From assembly GCA_001179505.1 (NCBI GenBank), contig CDMY01000438.1, positions 12,320 through 76,319 on the forward strand: DNA of 64,000 nucleotides, given 5' to 3'. The position numbers and the translations under genes were made by a program. The notes under the pieces are model-generated. The model did not search any database, had not been told where the DNA came from, and saw only the letters and a program-made list of their open reading frames with translations. Positions within the stretch are counted from its first letter, which is position 1, and every line of letters starts with the position of its first letter. This document shows positions 58,681 to 64,000 of this stretch, in pieces. The stretch is from Vitrella brassicaformis CCMP3155. Lineage: Eukaryota; Protista; Chromerida.

Positions 58681-59247
58681 TTAAAGCTTGTTGTCTTTTC
58701 GGCTGCTTTTCCTCTTGCTCTTCTTGTTTGGGGTCACGGGCTGTCCTGCGGCCTGTCTCAGACTGGACTTGAGCTTGGCGCGCATCTCGTCCTGACGTGC
58801 CTGAGACGACATGAGAAAGCAGCCTGTGAACGAGGCCCCAGGGGTGCGTTCATGTACCTTGATCTCCTCTCGGGCGGCCTCGGTCTCGTGCTGGCACTGT
58901 TGGCCTTGGCTTTGCTCCAAAGCCATGTACTCCGGCAGCATCTTGTGCAGTGAGTCAACGCCGCAAACGGGGTCCAGCTGCTGGGTCATGCAGCAGGCCT
59001 CTCGCAGATGGGCGTCCCAGCAGGTGGGCAGCTTCCAGAGCGGATACCGAGTGCCGTCCTCGTATTTGAAGGGGACGCCGAGGTCTGGGATCACCGGCTT
59101 GGTGAACCGCACCTTGAAGCGTCGCTCGATGGGATGGCTCGTGTTGGCTCCGGCTGCCCCGATAGAGATAGTGTATGAGGATTCTCCCGTCGTTTCGTCG
59201 CGGCCTGTCCGCTCAAAGCGAATCTCAGCCTGCTCCGCTGCTTTCAT
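58681..59247 (-). CDS. Intronless hypothetical protein (188 aa) with basic C-terminal tail
   Basis: ATG-initiated ORF with protein-like composition and no microsatellite introns. No family recognised. Confidence 0.55.
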   Translation of the reverse strand: MKAAEQAEIRFERTGRDETTGESSYTISIGAAGANTSHPIERRFKVRFTKPVIPDLGVPFKYEDGTRYPLWKLPTCWDAHLREACCMTQQLDPVCGVDSLHKMLPEYMALEQSQGQQCQHETEAAREEIKVHERTPGASFTGCFLMSSQARQDEMRAKLKSSLRQAAGQPVTPNKKSKRKSSRKDNKL

Positions 59248-59604
59248 GCCTGTTTGTCAAGCATTGTGCATGAGGAACTCTGTTTGCATGCGCATCAAAA
59301 GTGCAACTCATGTCTCTGTCGGTCTTTGCTCACCGTAGCAGCAGAGGGATTTAGGCAGCTCTCCGAGATAGTGGAATCTGTCTAGGACAGAGTGGTGGAG
59401 TACTGGGGAGGTGTGCTGCTTGGCCGCACAGTCGAAGAGTCTGCAGCCGCGAACAATCACACACAAGCCACCTGGTGTGCATGTCTCCTCTCATTTCACG
59501 GCACAAATCCCCTACCCTCGAGGCCGGGTCACGGCAGCCATCCTGCGATGAGCAAAGAGGAGGCAGGAGCGCCGTGCAGTCAGAAAAATGGCTTTGTATG
59601 GCTC

Positions 59605-61350
59605 TCACCTAGCCGCCCCATTGCCAATGAGCGGAATGGAGGCCAGTTTCTTGAGCTGGCTGATTTGACCCTCCCAGCCCGCTGTGGCCGTCTGGTCGTG
59701 CACGTCGCCAGTCAGGTCGTACACATAGTTGCGAACACTAGAGCCGTAGTAAGAGGTCGACGAGACGCGCTGCGTGACGGCAGAGGAGGGCCAGGAGCTT
59801 TTCAGCAAGGCCCCGTGCGCCTCCATGTGCTTCAGCATGAACCTGACACACAAGCGCAAGGTGAGGGCATTGGGTGGGTGTACGGCGTGTCCTCCGTATA
59901 GGTATCGTGACGCACTGACATGAGGGGTATGTGAGACAGCCGGTGGCCGCCTTTCTGCCCGGTGAGCTTTCCATCCTCGTGCTCGTACATCCACCCACCT
60001 CCTGCGTCGGAATGATCGCCTGAACGCCCATCCACACAATGCATCCATACACAAACACATCCGACCCACAAAAGCCGGGGCGAAATGTATTTCCCTACCT
60101 GCAAACCAGACATTCTGAAACTGTGCAGGTCCCCGGGCGAAACGGCAGACGTCTTCAGGGGTGTTGAGTGTTGGGTAGGGGAGGCACTCCCAAGTCCCTC
60201 TCATCTCATCTGACAGATGGTCAATTCCATAACTTCTGGCCCCTCACCTCTTCCCCTTGTTCACCAGTCGCCAGAACATGGACCGCTTCGCGAGGGAGGG
60301 GCTCCATATCGACAACTAGCTCTGATGAGGGGGAGACACGCACCGGAGTATCGGCACCAACTCCCAGCTACCTCTGCATACTTTCGATGTTGAAGAAAAG
60401 GCTCAGTGTGTCGGCCACACCATCAAAGATGCCAAGAAAGTGGGTCTGAATGCTCCTGTGCTTGCGCTCATTGGCGAAGAGTGTGCGGCTGCCATCAAGG
60501 GTGACGTACGCGTCCTTTTAAAGCAGGCAGAACTCGTTTCGGAGCCGTCTCATGTCACTCCCGTCAGCCGGCAGACCATACGTCGCCAGAATGCCTATAC
60601 GGATAAGACCATATACGCTGGTATGAGTGCACCTCTCTTTAGCCCACCTTGCAGCAGCCGCGACTGCACGCCACTGCGGGAGAAGCCAATGATGTAGAGG
60701 CGGTCGTTTGCAGTCATGCCGTGCTTCATGAGATACTCCAGCGCTTGAAAGACATGTTCAGTGACCTGCATGGCATCAAACACCAGACGTGTGTCTCCGT
60801 TCCTCTGTCCTTCCTTACGCGAAGCCCGGTCATGAAAGACAGAGTGTCGGTGTACTCAGCAAGCTTCTCAGCCACCGGTTTCACCAGCTTGTCGGACATC
60901 GCCTTCCAATAGTTCTCTTCCAGCACCTCGGTGATGCATTTGCCTTGTTCGTGCTGCTCTCTGTACGCCGTCTTCGCCTCCGTGCCAGGCCCCGACCAGT
61001 ACCTGACGTACTGCTCACGCCCGTCTGGCCCCTTCTGGTGACATTCCCTCTCGTCGGCTGAAGCTCCACAGGCCGCCCAGAAGATCTCTGCTACACTCGT
61101 GAAGGGCCAGACGTCCCGAAACCCTTCGGTTGTGATGTTCTTGTCCTGGCCGGCGCCATCAAAAAGGACGATGAAGTTTCGGGGTCTTTCGGGCTGCCCC
61201 AGCGCATCCTGGGCGACCTCTGCACAGAAAAGAGGGTGGTGCTGCTGATGCTGACATGCACCAAGTCCTCTCACTCCTCTCACCACGTGCCATGGAGCAG
61301 GAGCACGTGAGAACCAGTAAAAGCATTGCAAGGGCGCTCACAGGGGCCAT
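59605..61350 (-). CDS. Secreted DUF2235 / Tle1-type alpha/beta-hydrolase (phospholipase-like); in-frame TAA at 60518-60520 suggests a pseudogene
   Basis: Signal peptide MAPVSALAMLLLVLTCSCS. Family motifs in order: 'FIVLFDG', 'YWSGPGT', 'LYIIGFSR', 'FLGIFD', 'AVHVLA', 'VWFAG|DHSDAGGG', 'LSHIPL'. Confidence 0.8.
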
Positions 61351-61464
61351 GATGGTCAGAGGGTGGGTATTATCTCGGTGTGTGCCTGGGGGCTTCCGAG
61401 TGGGGGGGCTCTGAGACCGAGTCTCAGACTGAGTCTCGCCAAAAGCATCCGGCAGTAAGTGCAG

Positions 61465-63244
61465 ATGGTGCCTGCGGCAGCTCTTTTCGACATTCCGCTG
61501 CTACTGATGGTGTGCGTACTATGCCTTCTTTCCGGTACTGAGAGCCGCGAGGTGCAAACGCTGACCAGCTGCAGTGAGCTGCAGGAATGGGCCAGCGGTA
61601 ACAGCAGCAGACCACGGACACTGTACGACGTCCTCGGTGTGACGACCAACGCCACACAAGAGGACATCAAGAAGGCATACAGGCAAAAGGTATACACACA
61701 AGGGGCCCGGCCGATTGTCCGCCCGAAGATGTACATGCGTGACGGTGTGGCGCCTGCAGGCACTTGTGTGTCACCCCGACAAGAACCCGTTGGCTAACAG
61801 GACTGCTGCAGAAGAGACCTTCCTGTGGATATTGACGGCCTACGACATCCTCTCCGACGACGCCAAGAGAGCAAAATACGACCAAGAGTGGCTGCAAGAC
61901 CGACAGGGGGCGGTTGACGGTGGTGGAGTGGGTGGCGACTACTATGGTGATGAGTGGGAGGTGTGGGCGGTGGAGGTGACCGATGTCTATGTGGTGGCCG
62001 ACACGAACGAGGCGATGCAAATGGACGAGGCACTGGCACTCTTTGCGGCCATATTCGGACAGGGGTAGACTAGAAGGGAATGTGGACCGGGGAAATTGCC
62101 ATTGGGGTCCCTGCTCTGTCTCTGTACGTGTACCTACTTCAGGTTGGCGCACATGTTTGGCAATGGTCTGTCAGTCGATGAATACATTTCGATTGACATC
62201 ATCGAATACGACGACACACTTGCGGTACCGCAAAACACCAGCCAACAGTCCGTTGTTTCTCCCTCCTCGGACCCTGTCGGCCTCCACTCGGTACTGCAGC
62301 GGCTCATCAGCGACTTCGGCAGCAGCAGCAGCAGCAGTGTCGGATTCCTTTCCCCTCGCCAGCTGCCCTCACCACCACCACCAGACCACAGACAGTCCGA
62401 ACCGCTCTCTCCGACTGGGGGGGATGTCCTGTCGACCATGACATCCACCCGGCTCATCAACGGCCACAACATCACAGAGACCCGGGAGATGCTGAAGGAC
62501 GGCACGCGTCGAGTCCGGCAGGAGCAGGCCAAGGCTTATGTGGACGGCCTTGGCAGCGTGGTGAACGTGTATGAGGTTGGAGGCGGTAAGAGTGAAGGCC
62601 GAGAGACTCTCACACTGCTCGAGGTGTATCCCAATGGGACGGAAGCTGTCAGGGAGGTGTACGATATGGGAGCCGTGAGAAGTGCATGACTTGATTGAGG
62701 AGACACATGTGTGTGTGCGGGTGCACACTTGCGGTTGTTCATGCGTCTCGTCTGTTGGTCAGTTGGTCATGCGTCTGCAGATTGGTCCATGATACATACA
62801 TCAATGGAACACGTGTTTATGCGATGCACTCACTGTCATCCATTCATGCGCTGACTGCGCCCCGCAGGAAGGCGAGACGGGCGGCGAGGGCTGCAGAGAG
62901 GGCATACCACAGACCCATGAGAGCGGAGCAGCAGATTGTGCGTATGGTGTTGGATTGGAGGCTGTGAGTGCCGCCGACATATCTGCTGCCTTGGCGAGCA
63001 CCCGGCCGGCCTCACACATTCCCTTCGTCAAGTACCAACAGGTGAGGTGACGACTCACACATGAATGCATAGACGAAGCGAGGTAATGCGGGTGTGTCTC
63101 GTGTGTGTGTGTGTGTGTGTGTGTTCCCTTCAGTGGCATGAGAAGCACGGTCGTGAATGCTTTAATTATGACGTTTGGTATATCGTGGAAAGACATCTTT
63201 ATTATGCGATACACGGTCGTCCATCCCTTCGATCATGCATGTAG
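61465..63244 (+). CDS. DnaJ/Hsp40 J-domain protein with N-terminal signal or hydrophobic segment; 3' end approximate
   Basis: 'TLYDVLGVTTNATQEDIKKAYRQK|ALVCHPDKN...AYDILSDDAKRAKYD' with an intact HPD motif. Confidence 0.9.
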
Positions 63245-63429
63245 TCGTGTCCACGTGTGTATGCGTCAATGCAGTACGAGGATAACATCAACCAATTAGG
63301 TCTGTCTGCCTCACCTCACGAAACACATACCCTCACGTGAAGGCAAGGCACGCACACGAGGGTCTGTCTGTCTGTCTGATCTGATCGGTCTGTGTGTCGA
63401 CTTGACTGACGTGCCTCACTCACTGATCA

Positions 63430-64000
63430 TCACAGCACCTGAAAGGTACACCTACACGACACACAACACACAACACAAGAGGAGGTGCATCTGGTGTGGG
63501 TCTGTGTCTCTGTGGCTGACCTGTGCAGTTCGACTTTGGACATCACTTTGCTGTCGTCGTATGTGATGTCGTGCAGCTTCGACAGGGGGTCATACGCAAC
63601 CACACGTGCACTGTGCCACACACCTGCACAACACAACACACAACACACAGAGATGGGTCTTATCTCCCGTCATGTTGGCCCCTTCCTGCTGCATCGATCC
63701 CCTACCGTCCTTCCACTTGCAGGTGATTTTCTGGTTGACGTACGCCTGGGGGTTGGCCAGCACACAGGCACGCTGAGTCATACGCGACGGACGACTGACA
63801 TCAACACAACACAATTCACACATCAATACACACAGACACACAGAGATCTCTTGTGTCCCCCTGTGGCTCACTTGGGCTGCTCCTGCTGTTTGTGCTGTTT
63901 GCTGTCCTCTCTGTCCTTCTTCTTGTGGTCATTCTTGTTGATGGGTGGCCGTGGCTGCGATGGCTTCTTGCTCTGTCTCTGCACAGCAGCATCGGCATCG
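63430..64000 (-). CDS. 3' end of a Tudor-like domain protein (partial)
   Basis: 'AYVNQKITCKWKDG|...WHSARVVAYDPLSKLHDITYDD' resembles PDS5/Agenet-type Tudor domains. Confidence 0.6.

Noticed and set aside
29609-60520. Both internal stops (29609 and 60518) are TAA, hinting at ciliate-like TAA=Gln reassignment
   Set aside because: Intact genes here end in TAA (15273-15275, 33087-33089), and the 28-30 kb locus also has frameshifts, so pseudogenisation is the simpler explanation.
1-64000. CRISPR arrays, rRNA/tRNA genes, intact transposons
   Set aside because: No repeat-spacer arrays, rRNA or tRNA signatures, transposase/RT ORFs or LTR/TIR pairs were seen. The repeats are simple microsatellites or local gene duplications.

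Overview
Intron-dense, GC-rich eukaryotic DNA with about 27 protein-coding loci. It has no rRNA, tRNA, CRISPR or intact transposon that I can recognise. Short introns full of (AC)n/(GT)n/(CATC)n microsatellites, an LHC protein, bipartite plastid-targeting leaders and an intronless ankyrin family point to a chromerid alga such as Vitrella (inference). Recognisable genes: exportin-like (partial), ankyrin protein, CaMK-group kinase, degenerate LOV-like PAS protein, IQ-motif protein, secreted beta-propeller glycosidase, DHHC palmitoyltransferase, Cid1/TUTase-like nucleotidyltransferase, disrupted P-loop NTPase + nuclease-like gene, cyclophilin, REV7, GAF-GAF-PAS protein, LHC, EamA transporter, fused CofG-CofH deazaflavin (FO) synthase, trypsin-like protease, STT3, DUF2235/Tle1-like hydrolase, DnaJ and a Tudor-like protein (partial). 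Most notable: (1) a putatively plastid-targeted FO synthase head-to-head with an EamA transporter; (2) an AGCTCGCA motif that recurs near many start codons; (3) an inverted duplication that copied the STT3 upstream region next to an intronless protease. All exon boundaries were placed by eye and are approximate.
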